A stretch of DNA of 55,401 bases from Alphaproteobacteria bacterium (lineage in GTDB: Bacteria; Pseudomonadota; Alphaproteobacteria; CAAHEQ01; UBA3637). Below, piece by piece: positions 19,944 to 30,806 of this stretch. A model generated the notes under the pieces. It had not been told where the DNA came from, made no database searches, and saw only the letters and a program-made list of their open reading frames with translations. The stretch spans positions 1 through 55,401 of the forward strand of contig JAZTVX010000065.1 in NCBI GenBank assembly GCA_045635565.1. The letters are read 5' to 3'. Within the stretch, counting starts at the first letter, position 1. Every line of letters begins with the position of its first letter. Both the position numbers and the translations under genes were made by a program.

Positions 19944-20693
19944 ATGAAAAATACAAGTTCTTTCATCTGTTTTATCCAAAAATATCTATCAAAGGCATTG
20001 AATTTTGTTTTTCCGCCCCAATGCCCTTATTGTGATAAAATCATTCATCACACTCAAATGATGTGTGATAATTGTTTCAACCAAATTCATTTCATTACCG
20101 GTTCAAAATGTTATCGGTGTGGACGCCCTCTGCCTTTGATACAAAATGAAGAAAAATTACTGTGTCCTAACTGCATCAATAAACGCAAAAACTATGATTT
20201 GTCCCGTTCGGCATTTATTTACGATTCATTCTCCCGAAATGCTATTTTACGGCTTAAACACGCTGACCGAACGGATTTAAGACATTTGTTTGTACAATAC
20301 ATGTTACGTGCCGGTACTGACCTGTTTGAAAAAACAGATTTAGTCGTTTCTGTCCCATTACATTGGAAACGCAGGTTCAAAAGAAAATATAATCAATCAG
20401 CTGTTTTAGCAGAATTATTGGCAAAAAAAATCAACAAACCTTATTCCACAACATTGTTGACACGCTGTCGCTATACACATTCACAAGCGGGTAAAGATAG
20501 TCAAAAACGAAAAGAAAACGTCAAAAACGCTTTTAAAGTCAATCCATCACACAACATCGAAGGGTTGTCTATTCTTCTGATAGATGACGTTTTAACAACC
20601 GGTGCGACAGCCGAATCTTGTGCCAAAATACTTAAACAAAACGGAGCCAAAGCTGTTTATGTCCTTACGATAGCTCAGGTTTTACAACATTAA
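19944..20693 (+). CDS. comF: ComF family protein (double zinc ribbon plus PRTase domain)
   Basis: Four CxxC pairs, VPLH..R..KRKYNQ and LLIDDVLTTGAT motifs. Confidence 0.93.
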   Translation: MKNTSSFICFIQKYLSKALNFVFPPQCPYCDKIIHHTQMMCDNCFNQIHFITGSKCYRCGRPLPLIQNEEKLLCPNCINKRKNYDLSRSAFIYDSFSRNAILRLKHADRTDLRHLFVQYMLRAGTDLFEKTDLVVSVPLHWKRRFKRKYNQSAVLAELLAKKINKPYSTTLLTRCRYTHSQAGKDSQKRKENVKNAFKVNPSHNIEGLSILLIDDVLTTGATAESCAKILKQNGAKAVYVLTIAQVLQH

Positions 20694-20694
20694 A

Positions 20695-21087
20695 TTACTG
20701 AACCAAAAACCGAATCCGTTCAATCATGGCAAAAAAGCCGTTTCGTCTGGTCGGAGATAAATTTTCCGATAAATCCAATTGTTCAAAAACAGACTCAATA
20801 TCAATGGATTGAATTTCATCAGCTGTTTTATCATTTACTAAAATCAACAACACGGCTATCAAACCCCGAACAATATGAGCATCGCTGGTTGCTGAAAAAT
20901 GATATTTTTTACCCATCATCTGAGACGTCAGCCATACCTGAGACATACAACCATCAACTTTATTTTCGGGAATTTTATCATTTTCAGAAAAATCCGGTAA
21001 CGTATCACCCAATTCAATTAAATAGCGATATTTGTCTTCCCAATCCGTTAAAAAAGAAAAATTATCAATCAATTCTTGTTGTGTCAT
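20695..21087 (-). CDS. sufE: SufE family Fe-S sulfur acceptor
   Basis: WEDKYRYLIELG, VDGCMSQVW, SDAHIVRGL and LSPTRRNG motifs. Confidence 0.95.
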   Translation of the reverse strand: MTQQELIDNFSFLTDWEDKYRYLIELGDTLPDFSENDKIPENKVDGCMSQVWLTSQMMGKKYHFSATSDAHIVRGLIAVLLILVNDKTADEIQSIDIESVFEQLDLSENLSPTRRNGFFAMIERIRFLVQ

Positions 21088-21096
21088 CGATTATCC

Positions 21097-21309
21097 TTAA
21101 TCATGTTCTGCTGCTTCGGGCGATAAATCTTCCATATCACTTTCCGAAATAATATCCGGAAATTGTTGTTCATGTTCCATGACAGGCTGTTCAACTTCAG
21201 GTAATGTTACCCGAACAGGTGTTGTTTGTTCTTTTTGAGTAGGTTTCCAAAGAAACACTATCGACAAAAAAACAATCACCCCAATCAATAAAAGAAGAAT
21301 TTTGTTCAT
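21097..21309 (-). CDS. Small single-TM hypothetical protein
   Basis: RBS AAGGGA, N-terminal hydrophobic helix, acidic tail; 9 bp upstream of sufE. Confidence 0.7.
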   Translation of the reverse strand: MNKILLLLIGVIVFLSIVFLWKPTQKEQTTPVRVTLPEVEQPVMEHEQQFPDIISESDMEDLSPEAAEHD

Positions 21310-21415
21310 GTTTATCCCTTTTTGTATCACTTTCACGCTTAATATATCTCTTTAATTTTAGCAAAATCAAGGTTTTTCTTTTCATTTACAAAAAAATATG
21401 CTATACAGCGTTCCA

Positions 21416-22093
21416 ATGAATTGGAAAATACATCATTTTCACCGTGTCGAATCAACAAACGATACGGCCCGTTTTTATCCTGTCGGTTCGGTCATTTCGG
21501 CCAATATTCAAACGAACGGACGGGGGCGTCATGGTCGTACATGGATCAGTCAGAAAGGTAATTTGTTTGTCAGTTTTGTTTTACCCGAATTCGGATATCA
21601 AACTTCTCTTTTATCCTTTGTTGCAGCTGTTGCCGTGACTGAAACATTGCATGATCTCGGATTTACCTGTCAAATAAAATGGCCGAATGATATTTTATTT
21701 AATCACAAAAAAACAGCCGGTATTTTGTTAGAGTTGTCTGATAATAAACTGATAATAGGTATCGGAATCAACTTACGACATGCACCGACCGATAAAGACG
21801 TTATTTACCCGACGACATCCCTGAACATAGGAATGGACAGACAAGAAATATTGTCTATTTTAAGCAAAAAAATCACGGAAAACCTGACTATTTTCACGCA
21901 AGAAGGATTCGATAAAATTCGTGAAAAATGGTTGCGTTCTGCTGTTGGTCTCAATGAACGCATTTACGTACGTTTACCTCATGAAACAATATCTGGCATT
22001 TTTACAGAGTTTACGCCACAGGGGGCGATTTCCCTGAAATTAGATAATGGTACCGCTCGTATAATTACGGCCGGTGATATTTTTTTTAAATGA
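21416..22093 (+). CDS. birA: Biotin--protein ligase (no N-terminal HTH)
   Basis: ESTN, QTNGRGRHGRTW, KWPND, GIL.E and GIGIN motifs. Start may be 21398 or 21416. Confidence 0.95.
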   Translation: MNWKIHHFHRVESTNDTARFYPVGSVISANIQTNGRGRHGRTWISQKGNLFVSFVLPEFGYQTSLLSFVAAVAVTETLHDLGFTCQIKWPNDILFNHKKTAGILLELSDNKLIIGIGINLRHAPTDKDVIYPTTSLNIGMDRQEILSILSKKITENLTIFTQEGFDKIREKWLRSAVGLNERIYVRLPHETISGIFTEFTPQGAISLKLDNGTARIITAGDIFFK

Positions 22094-22105
22094 GAAGGAA
22101 ATAAT

Positions 22106-23788
22106 ATGAATGAAATAACAGAAAATCAAACAATCACTATTCCTCATGACAAACTTGTATTCATACCGTTAGGTGGAGCAACGGGAATTGGTATGAATTG
22201 CTTTGCTTACGGTTATCAAAACAAATGGTTATTGGTTGATTGCGGGGTCGGTTTCCCCGGTGACGGATTACCAGGCGTTGATGTATTGTTGCCTGATCCG
22301 ATGTTCTTGACAGACAAGAAAAAAGACATCGTAGGTTTGGTATTAACACACGGACATGAAGATCACTTGGGAGCGGTCGGTTATTTATGGCATCAACTAC
22401 AATGTCCGATTTATGCAACCCCTTTTACAAATGAATTACTGGAATCAAAATTAACTGAAACAGGATTACTGGGGCGTGTTGATGTAACCGTCATTAGACA
22501 GGGAGAATGTTTAGACTTAAATCCGTTTGAAATTGAATTTATTGCCATGAGCCATTCTATTCCCGAATCATCGGCGTTGGCAATTCGAACCGAACAAGGT
22601 CTTATTTTGCATACAGGTGATTGGAAATGGGATGCTGATCCGATTTTAAATCAGGAAACGGATAAAAAACGATTAAAAGAATTAGGAAAAGAAGGCGTTT
22701 TAGCTCTTGTATGCGATTCGACGAACGTTTTTGGCGAAAAACAAATGCATACAGAACAAGATGTACAAAATTCCTTAATTGACTTGGTACGACAATATGA
22801 TGGGCGACAAATTGCCATCGGTTGTTTTGCTTCAAATGTCAGCCGAATTAAAAGCATTTATCAGGCAGCCGTTCAAAATAATCGGGAAGTTTGCCTAATG
22901 GGGCGTAGTCTTTGGCGTATTGACGCAGCAGCCCGTTCAACAGGCTATTTCAAAGACATGCCTGAATTTTTATCAGAACAGGAGGCTTTGGAACGTCCCA
23001 TTGGCAGTGTTTTATATATTTGTACCGGTAGTCAAGGTGAGCCCCATTCGGCATTGAGTAATCTATCAACGTTAACTCCTCAAAAAAACAGTGTTTATTT
23101 TGGACCGAATGATGTGGTCATTTTTTCGTCACGAATTATTCCCGGGAATGAAAAAGCCATCGCCTTGTTGCAAAAACGATTTAAAACTAAAGATGTTCAA
23201 ATCATAACCAATCGGGAGGCTCTTGTACATGTATCAGGTCACTATGCAGGACCGGATTTAGTTGAAATTTATAAATTAGTCAACCCACGTATTGCCTTAC
23301 CCGTTCATGGTGAAGCACGTGAATTAAATGAACATGCTGCATTAGCAAAACAATGGGGGGTACCTTATTCTTTTGCTTTAGAAGACGGTGAAATTTTAAC
23401 CATTGAACAAGAACCAAGTATTATCGGACAAACACAAATAGGTATTTTAGCTGTTGACGGTAAAAAAATCCTACCGTTAGATGCAGAAGTGATCCGTAAA
23501 AGACGCAAGATGATTGAGGATGGCACATTGGTCGTTACGGTTGTTTTGGACAAAAATAATCATATTTTAGGTAATTTACACTTATCCACATTCGGTTTAT
23601 TGGAAACAGGAAGTGATGACGAAAATGCCCTCAAAGAAAAAATCATTCACAATATTAACGAATTAGATGAAGACAACAAAGAACGGAATGATTTAATTGA
23701 AAACGTCATTCGTGCCGGCATTCGTCAATTTTTAAAAGAGTTTTATGGCAAAAAACCATTGATTGAAGTTCATCTTGTACGTGTATAG
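22106..23788 (+). CDS. rnj: Ribonuclease J
   Basis: PLGG..IGMN, THGHEDH, TGDWK, TGSQGE, HVSGH and PVHGE motifs. Confidence 0.97.
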   Translation: MNEITENQTITIPHDKLVFIPLGGATGIGMNCFAYGYQNKWLLVDCGVGFPGDGLPGVDVLLPDPMFLTDKKKDIVGLVLTHGHEDHLGAVGYLWHQLQCPIYATPFTNELLESKLTETGLLGRVDVTVIRQGECLDLNPFEIEFIAMSHSIPESSALAIRTEQGLILHTGDWKWDADPILNQETDKKRLKELGKEGVLALVCDSTNVFGEKQMHTEQDVQNSLIDLVRQYDGRQIAIGCFASNVSRIKSIYQAAVQNNREVCLMGRSLWRIDAAARSTGYFKDMPEFLSEQEALERPIGSVLYICTGSQGEPHSALSNLSTLTPQKNSVYFGPNDVVIFSSRIIPGNEKAIALLQKRFKTKDVQIITNREALVHVSGHYAGPDLVEIYKLVNPRIALPVHGEARELNEHAALAKQWGVPYSFALEDGEILTIEQEPSIIGQTQIGILAVDGKKILPLDAEVIRKRRKMIEDGTLVVTVVLDKNNHILGNLHLSTFGLLETGSDDENALKEKIIHNINELDEDNKERNDLIENVIRAGIRQFLKEFYGKKPLIEVHLVRV

Positions 23789-23857
23789 AGAGTACTTGAC
23801 TTGTTTAAAATTTTATGTGATAAAATATTGATGTAACTTTGTAAAGGGGATTGTACC

Positions 23858-24661
23858 ATGCAAAAATATAACGTTATTTGCATCAAATGGGGAACGGCAT
23901 ATAAAGCTGATGATGTCAACAAATTGTGTTCCATGATTAAACGAAACACAAATTTTGATATTGACTTTTACTGTTTTACGGATAACACTATCGGATTAGC
24001 AGATGATGTTATTGTTAAACCGTTACCACAATTTGAAAATATAAAAAAGGGGGAAGAAGAATACACCCAAAAATACGCTTATCGTAAGGAAGCCGCCTTA
24101 TGTGATGATAAATTAGGTGGATTGACAGGACAACGTGTCTTTTTCTTTGATTTAGATTCGTTAATTGTCGGCAATTTGGATGAATTTTTTGAATATCCGC
24201 AAGGTGATAAATTTTACATTATCAATGATTGGCATACAAAAGGAAATCATGTCGGTCAAGCCAGTTGTTATTCATTTGTGGTCGGAACATTGGGATACAT
24301 CAAACGCTATTTTGAAGAAAATCCCAAACAAACAGTAGAACGTTTTTATACGGCTTCACAAGAGTACTTATCTTATAAAGTCATTGAAAAAGAAGGAGCG
24401 TTAAATTTTTGGCCAGACAACTGGTTTAAAAGTTTTCGTTTTCACTGTTTGCCGAAATGGTATTTGCGTTCATTTGTAACGCCTAAAATTCCACAGGTTG
24501 AAGGTTTAAAAATGATTGCTTTTCATGGATTACCGGGCTTAGAAGATGCACAAAAAGGAATTTGGTGTTCTGACAAGACCGACAAGAAATATCCTCGTGG
24601 ATTTAAAAAATTATATAAACATCTTTTGCCTGTTCCTTGGATTAAAGATTATTGGAAATAA
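23858..24661 (+). CDS. Putative glycosyltransferase (GT-A fold)
   Basis: ICIKWGTAY, FYCFTD, FFDLD (DxD), QEYLS and IAFHG motifs. Confidence 0.75.
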   Translation: MQKYNVICIKWGTAYKADDVNKLCSMIKRNTNFDIDFYCFTDNTIGLADDVIVKPLPQFENIKKGEEEYTQKYAYRKEAALCDDKLGGLTGQRVFFFDLDSLIVGNLDEFFEYPQGDKFYIINDWHTKGNHVGQASCYSFVVGTLGYIKRYFEENPKQTVERFYTASQEYLSYKVIEKEGALNFWPDNWFKSFRFHCLPKWYLRSFVTPKIPQVEGLKMIAFHGLPGLEDAQKGIWCSDKTDKKYPRGFKKLYKHLLPVPWIKDYWK

Positions 24662-24680
24662 TGATATTATATATAAAACA

Positions 24681-24720
24681 AAAATACCCTTGAAAACATA
24701 AAACATTTCAAGGGTATTTT
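24681..24720. terminator. Bidirectional terminator between convergent genes
   Basis: 15-bp stem AAAATACCCTTGAAA / TTTCAAGGGTATTTT. Confidence 0.85.
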
Positions 24721-24756
24721 CATGAAAAACAAATTTATTATTTTCAGCCTCTCACA

Positions 24757-25557
24757 TCAATCTTTCCGACAAAATACCAAAACACGAATAATACCGGATA
24801 AATCTTTTACCTGTTTCACACAAATAAATTCATTGACAGCCATCAAATCAATGACATCCTGTTCCTGATTTTGTCCGATTTCAAAAAATATTGTTCCATC
24901 TTGTTTAAGCATACGAGATAATGAAACTGATAATGCGCGATATGCGTCTAATCCATCCTCTCCACCATCAAGTGCCAACAAGGGATCAAATTGACGAACA
25001 CCTACATCTAACATAGCAACATCAGCCGTTTTGATATAAGGTGGATTTGAAATAATAATATCAAACATCGGATAATCATGCCCGAAATGAGGAGTTGTAA
25101 AATCTTCTTCCTGAAATATTGCACGATTACATACATCATTTTGACGAGCAATACAAAGGGCTTCTTTGGATTTATCAACCCCGATACCCGTTGCCTGTGG
25201 ATATTCATCCAGTAATGTCAACAACAAACATCCACTACCCGTTCCGATATCCAAAATAGATAATGCTTGATTTTTATCCGAATAAAAACGCAAAACTGTT
25301 TCAATAATCGTTTCTGAATCAGGACGAGGATCTAACACATCTTTGGAAACAATAAAATCACGTTTCCAAAATCCCCGCTGACCCAAAATTTTTGAAACAG
25401 GTTCACCTTGTTTGCGTCGTTGAATAAAATCAGCAAGTTGCCAAGTTGTCGGCTTCATCTGATAATGCTCGCAAAAAAAACGAGCATCCAAAAAAGGCGT
25501 ATCCGAACAATCAGATATCTGTTTCGCCACGGTGTTAATCATATCGGATTTATACAT
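24757..25557 (-). CDS. prmC: Release factor glutamine methyltransferase
   Basis: PRPDSE, DIGTGSG, SNPPY and ALDGGEDGL motifs; overlaps the end of prfA. Confidence 0.96.
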   Translation of the reverse strand: MYKSDMINTVAKQISDCSDTPFLDARFFCEHYQMKPTTWQLADFIQRRKQGEPVSKILGQRGFWKRDFIVSKDVLDPRPDSETIIETVLRFYSDKNQALSILDIGTGSGCLLLTLLDEYPQATGIGVDKSKEALCIARQNDVCNRAIFQEEDFTTPHFGHDYPMFDIIISNPPYIKTADVAMLDVGVRQFDPLLALDGGEDGLDAYRALSVSLSRMLKQDGTIFFEIGQNQEQDVIDLMAVNEFICVKQVKDLSGIIRVLVFCRKD

Positions 25558-26623
25558 CGATTTCAGCCAACCGAGCCATTTGGTCTTCTGTTATTAACGT
25601 TTCAATGAAATCATCTAAACCAACACCATCCATAACTTCCGTCAATTGATATGATGTTTTATTGATACGATGATCCGTTACACGTCCTTGTGGAAAATTA
25701 TAGGTACGAATACGTTCCGAACGATCACCGGAACCAACCTGATTTTTACGATTCTGGGAACGTTCACTATCCAACGCCTGCCGTTGCATATCGTATAATG
25801 CCGTTCTCAAACGCATTAAGGCCTTATCCTTATTTTTAAATTGGGAACGTTCTTCCTGACATTCAACAGCGATACCTGTCGGTTTATGTACAATACGAAT
25901 AGCACTATCCGTTTTATTAACGTGTTGCCCACCTGCACCTGATGCACGGCATGTGGTAATTTCTAAATCAGCTTCATTGATTTGAACGTCAACTTCCTGT
26001 GCTTCAGGCAAAACAGCAACCGTGGCGGCTGATGTATGCACACGTCCACCCGATTCGGTTTCAGGAACACGTTGAACACGATGAGCTCCCGATTCAAACT
26101 TTAAACGAGCAAATACCGACTTACCACTAATTTGGGCGACGGCTTCCTTATATCCTCCTAATCCCGTTTCATTCAAAGATAACACTTCAAACTGCCAATG
26201 TTTCAAAGCGGCATACCGTTCATACATGCGAAACAATTCGGCACCAAACAATGCTGCTTCTTCACCACCTGTTCCGGCCCGTACTTCTAGAATAACATTG
26301 CGATCATCAGCTTCATCTTTAGGCAATAATAAAATTTGTATTTCCCGTTCCATTAACGGCAAACGTTCTTTTAATTCATACAATTCTTCATTTGCCATTT
26401 GACGAAATTCATCGTCTGTTGCATCATCAGCCAGCAATGCTTCAGCATCCTTCATATCAGATAGCATCTTTTTATAGGCCAATCCTTGAGTATGAATTTC
26501 TTCTAACGAACTTAATTCTTTAGATAACTTAACAAACTCATCTCCCGTTGCTCCTTGTGCCAACAAGGCCGTTAATTCATCATAACGGGCAATAATCGGG
26601 TCTAATTTTTGCTCAAAATTCAT
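25550..26623 (-). CDS. prfA: Peptide chain release factor 1
   Basis: PET (PxT) motif, GAGGQHVN and RTYNFPQ. Confidence 0.98.
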   Translation of the reverse strand: MNFEQKLDPIIARYDELTALLAQGATGDEFVKLSKELSSLEEIHTQGLAYKKMLSDMKDAEALLADDATDDEFRQMANEELYELKERLPLMEREIQILLLPKDEADDRNVILEVRAGTGGEEAALFGAELFRMYERYAALKHWQFEVLSLNETGLGGYKEAVAQISGKSVFARLKFESGAHRVQRVPETESGGRVHTSAATVAVLPEAQEVDVQINEADLEITTCRASGAGGQHVNKTDSAIRIVHKPTGIAVECQEERSQFKNKDKALMRLRTALYDMQRQALDSERSQNRKNQVGSGDRSERIRTYNFPQGRVTDHRINKTSYQLTEVMDGVGLDDFIETLITEDQMARLAEIDV

Positions 26624-26671
26624 TAAAATACTCCTGTATTCTTTCTTAACACTATTTACAAAAAAGTAATA

Positions 26672-27598
26672 TTACTTGAATGCTTCCGGTTTTAAAATAA
26701 TATTGTTTTTAACGGTCTCTGTTTGAGATAACAAGCCCTTAGATTCACCATCAACATACACTTCCAATCCACGGGCATTACCAGTACGCATAATCAAATT
26801 TCCTTTATCATGAGGGACAAAATATCCGTCCCCTTTGGACATAATTTGATTAAAAACAAGGGTTTTCCCGTCTTTAACATCAAACCAAACACGTTCCTTG
26901 GCAATTAACACAAGACGAGCCCCATCTTGCTGACCATATACATGTCCCGTTAAATCTTTATAAATCGGTTCTTTTTTAATTTCATCAACCACGTCAGACA
27001 ATTGTTCAGAGGACGTATCTGCTGAAGCATCAGATACCGGTTCAATAACATCTTTCGTCGCTTCCAACGGGAGAACAGCATTCAATTCTTCCGTTAATAA
27101 TGTTGTTTCTTTGAGTATGGTATCCACTTCAATAGGGGCTTTTTCAATTGCATGAACCTGTGATACAATCTCCATTGGTTCAGGAGATAATACAGCACCT
27201 GTTTTCTGTTCTGCATATGACCAAACATACCATCCTAAACACAAACAAAACAACAAAATAAGACACGATACAATAATACGTTTTGAAGGTAAAACATTGT
27301 ATTTTTCAGGAATAGGTGTTTGTGTTTCAGAAGAAACAAGTGATTGTGTTTCCTGCTTAATACGTTCAACGAGTGTCGATGGTTCCAATCCCAAATAGGA
27401 AGCATATGCTCTTAAAAAACCAATACCATAAACCAAAGCCGGAAAGACTGTATAATCATTTGTTTCCAGAGCAACAACAAAACTTTCCCGAATACGCAAG
27501 TGATTAGCAACTGTCTTCACATCCAATTTTTTGGATATTCTGGCACGTTGCAACTCATCACCGACCGTGTCAAATAGTGTTTTTTCCATTTGTTCCAT
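26672..27598 (-). CDS. rodZ: RodZ-like protein (HTH - TM - periplasmic domain)
   Basis: GDELQRAR..LRIRE..ALE..GFLRAYASYLGL, a central TM, and C-terminal TGNARGL.V.VDG. Confidence 0.88.
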   Translation of the reverse strand: MEQMEKTLFDTVGDELQRARISKKLDVKTVANHLRIRESFVVALETNDYTVFPALVYGIGFLRAYASYLGLEPSTLVERIKQETQSLVSSETQTPIPEKYNVLPSKRIIVSCLILLFCLCLGWYVWSYAEQKTGAVLSPEPMEIVSQVHAIEKAPIEVDTILKETTLLTEELNAVLPLEATKDVIEPVSDASADTSSEQLSDVVDEIKKEPIYKDLTGHVYGQQDGARLVLIAKERVWFDVKDGKTLVFNQIMSKGDGYFVPHDKGNLIMRTGNARGLEVYVDGESKGLLSQTETVKNNIILKPEAFK

Positions 27599-27646
27599 AT
27601 TTTACACCTTCATTCAAAATTTTTCAAATGTCTTTATACACTATTT

Positions 27647-28357
27647 TTATAACATTGTCCACCACAATTTCGTGTAAATTAAAAAGAAAACAATGATGCC
27701 AGCCGAACCCAATGCCGGTCCGAAGGCATCGGCACGAACTCGTTTCAAAAAAGCACAACATGCAAAAAAAACAAATGACAAAACAAGTACAACACTCAAT
27801 CCCATAATACCAAACCATGCTCCCAATGCTGTCAACATTTTAACATCACCGGCACCAAATTCCCCCTTTTTGAAAAAAAACATGATAAAAACAGAAACGG
27901 TTGACAACAAATATCCGAACCATGCTCCGCATAACCGTTCTCCCATCGTCAAACCGTCAAGCGGTGCAAAATAAGCCGCTGTTACTCCCAATACCAACAA
28001 CGGAATCGTAAAAAAATCAGGCAATAGGTAATATTGTTGATCAACAACCATCAGCAAAGCCGTCATATATATAAAAATATAACCGTAAATATGTATATCC
28101 GGCTGAACAAACGAATAAACACATCCAAACAACCCCATCAAAACAACTCCCCACGCCACAGAACATGCAATCAACTGTTTCCATTTTGATTTCAACAGGT
28201 TAACACGTTTCAGATTTGTTGATTTTGGGAAGTGAGGTTTATGCCACAACATCGCACAAATTAAACCGGGATCAGCCGGTAAAATCTTCCCGAAACGGCT
28301 AGCAATTGCCGGAACAGTTAATCCTAAAATAAATCCGATTATAAGTAAAAAAACCAT
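27647..28357 (-). CDS. Prepilin peptidase (A24 family)
   Basis: Polytopic; catalytic Asp motifs VVDQQYYLLPD and GAGDVK; AFGPAL near the C-terminus. Confidence 0.9.
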   Translation of the reverse strand: MVFLLIIGFILGLTVPAIASRFGKILPADPGLICAMLWHKPHFPKSTNLKRVNLLKSKWKQLIACSVAWGVVLMGLFGCVYSFVQPDIHIYGYIFIYMTALLMVVDQQYYLLPDFFTIPLLVLGVTAAYFAPLDGLTMGERLCGAWFGYLLSTVSVFIMFFFKKGEFGAGDVKMLTALGAWFGIMGLSVVLVLSFVFFACCAFLKRVRADAFGPALGSAGIIVFFLIYTKLWWTML

Positions 28358-28528
28358 TGATAAATCCTTTCCTTTATATTTTGTTTCAACCTATCTTATA
28401 TTTAGAAAAAAAGCAATCTTTTTTCCAAAAAGGACGTTATTTTGTCTTGATAAAATATTTTTACTTGCCAAAACAAAGAAATTGATATACGTTCATGGGG
28501 AACGTTTAATAAAAAATGGAGAAAAAAA

Positions 28529-28984
28529 ATGATTCGTGAACAATTAAAAAAAGCCCTTATTGATGCTTTAAAAAACAAAGAAGACAAAAAGACGGCAACT
28601 ATTCGGCTTATTAACGCCGCTATTAAAGATAAAGATATTGAAGCCCGTCCCAAAGGCATAACAGACGGCATTGATGATAACGCCATTTTATCTTTATTAC
28701 AAAGCATGGTCAAGCAACGCAAAGAAAGTATTGAAATGTACAAACAGGGCAATCGCTTAGATTTGGTTGAAGCCGAACAAACTGAAATAGATATCATCAA
28801 TCAATTTTTACCACAACAAATGTCCGAAGAAGAAACAAAAGTCGCTATTTCATCCGTTATCCAAGCCGTTGGAGCGACATCCATTAAAGACATGGGCAAA
28901 GTGATGGCTACCATCAAAGCACAATATGCCGGCAAAATGGATTTCGGCACCGCCTCACAACAAATTAAGGAACTGCTTTCGTAA
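28529..28984 (+). CDS. GatB/YqeY domain protein
   Basis: TIRLINAAIKD, MVKQRKESI, FLPQQMS and KDMGKVM motifs. Confidence 0.95.
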   Translation: MIREQLKKALIDALKNKEDKKTATIRLINAAIKDKDIEARPKGITDGIDDNAILSLLQSMVKQRKESIEMYKQGNRLDLVEAEQTEIDIINQFLPQQMSEEETKVAISSVIQAVGATSIKDMGKVMATIKAQYAGKMDFGTASQQIKELLS

Positions 28985-30730
28985 ATGGCTTTTCCTCCTC
29001 GTTTTTTGGATGAATTACGTGAACGTATCACGCTCTCTCAATTGATTGGTAAAAAAGTTAAACTGATGAAGCGAGGGCGTGAGTACACCGGTTTATGCCC
29101 ATTTCATCATGAGAAAACACCATCTTTTACCATTAACGACGATAAAGGATTTTATCATTGTTTTGGGTGTGGGGCACATGGTGATGTTATCCGATATTTA
29201 ACTGATTGTGAAAAAATGCCATTCATGGAAGCCATTGAATATTTGGCTCAATTGGCTGGTATGGAAATACCCAAAACAACAACTGTTTCTCCCGAACGCA
29301 AAGCGGAATATCAAACCGAACTGCAAATCATGGAAGAAGCCTGTTTATTTTTTCAAAAGTCATTATTTTCCGAACGAGGCAAAAAAGCCCGTGACTATTT
29401 AAAAAGTCGTGGTATAACTGCCGATGTGGCAAAATCGTTTCGTCTCGGCTATGCACCGTCAGGTTCGGCATTATTGGCCTATTTCAACGAAAAAAAACTA
29501 TCTGTTTCTAAAGGCATTCAGTTAGGGTTAATCGTTCAGTCGCAGGAACGTAAAACACAACACGATTATTTTTACGACCGCATTATGTTTCCTATTTTAA
29601 ACCGTCGCAGACAGGTCATTGCTTTTGGTGGTCGTTTAATGGAAAAAGGGGAACCTAAATACTTAAATTCACCGGAAACATCTCTATTCCATAAAGGGGA
29701 ACAATTATACGCCCTTCCCCAAGCCATTGAAACAATACGCAAAAAAAATCAAGCCATTTTAGTAGAAGGTTATATGGATGTCATTGCGTTACACAGTGCA
29801 GGCTTCACCAATGCCGTTGCACCGTTAGGAACGGCATTTACCGAAAACCAGATAAAATTACTTTGGCAATCATGTGATGAACCACTTATTTGCTTTGATG
29901 GCGACACTGCCGGACGCAAAGCAACAATCCGAGCCATGAATCGGGCCATTCCCATTCTAGTACCCGGAAAATCAATGCAATTTGTTTTTTTACCGGACAC
30001 ATTTGATCCAGATGATATGATTCGAAAAAAATCTCCACAAGCCTTTCGAGAAGCCATTAACGGAGCAAAATCACTTTCTTACACTTTATGGAATTCGCTC
30101 ATTGACGGCCGTTCATTGGATACACCGGAACGACGGGCAAAATTGGAAAAAGATGCAACAGAACTGATTGAAAAAATCCAACATGAAAAGGTACGTTCAT
30201 ACTACCTCAAAGATTTAAAACAAAAATTATGGCAATTGGAACATCAACGCAAATCCAACAAACAATCATTATCATTCAAAGAAGCACAAATCATTACAAA
30301 ACCCAAAGCCGACATGCTTGAGGGACGTATGTTATTAGCCTATTTAATTTGTTATCCGCATATTGCACAAAATTTTATTGAAGATATTGGGGATTTAAAT
30401 TTGTCAGAAAATGCTTTACAGGAAATGTTTTTAAAAGCAATCAATCTGCTGATTGAAAATCCGGATATTACACCCGAACAGATTCAAACCGATGTATTAG
30501 AAGGCAAACCGGAAACACTTCCTGAAATTGAAATGTTACAAAAATCGAACCGAAATCCTATTGACGTACAAAATGAATTAGAAAAATGGATACAAGCATT
30601 CCGATTTAAGGCTTTACAAAACGAAAAAGAAGCAAAATTACAGGAATTCACCCAAAATCCAACATCTGAATTATGGAATCAGATTGTCAATTTAAAAAAA
30701 GAAATTGAAAAATTGTCAACCTCCGAATAA
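28985..30730 (+). CDS. dnaG: DNA primase
   Basis: CPFH.EKTPSF..CFGC zinc finger, KYLNSPET, EGYMD, FDGD.AG and DPDD motifs. Confidence 0.98.
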   Translation: MAFPPRFLDELRERITLSQLIGKKVKLMKRGREYTGLCPFHHEKTPSFTINDDKGFYHCFGCGAHGDVIRYLTDCEKMPFMEAIEYLAQLAGMEIPKTTTVSPERKAEYQTELQIMEEACLFFQKSLFSERGKKARDYLKSRGITADVAKSFRLGYAPSGSALLAYFNEKKLSVSKGIQLGLIVQSQERKTQHDYFYDRIMFPILNRRRQVIAFGGRLMEKGEPKYLNSPETSLFHKGEQLYALPQAIETIRKKNQAILVEGYMDVIALHSAGFTNAVAPLGTAFTENQIKLLWQSCDEPLICFDGDTAGRKATIRAMNRAIPILVPGKSMQFVFLPDTFDPDDMIRKKSPQAFREAINGAKSLSYTLWNSLIDGRSLDTPERRAKLEKDATELIEKIQHEKVRSYYLKDLKQKLWQLEHQRKSNKQSLSFKEAQIITKPKADMLEGRMLLAYLICYPHIAQNFIEDIGDLNLSENALQEMFLKAINLLIENPDITPEQIQTDVLEGKPETLPEIEMLQKSNRNPIDVQNELEKWIQAFRFKALQNEKEAKLQEFTQNPTSELWNQIVNLKKEIEKLSTSE

Positions 30731-30736
30731 AAATGA

Positions 30737-30765
30737 TTGACAATGTTTATAAAAGTGTATATAAT
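30737..30765 (+). promoter_or_regulatory. Consensus sigma70 promoter for rpoD
   Basis: TTGACA (30737-30742), 17 bp, TATAAT (30760-30765). Confidence 0.85.
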
Positions 30766-30806
30766 AGGGAAAATTTTATTTTCATTTTTCCGTGATTGGT
30801 GTGCAC

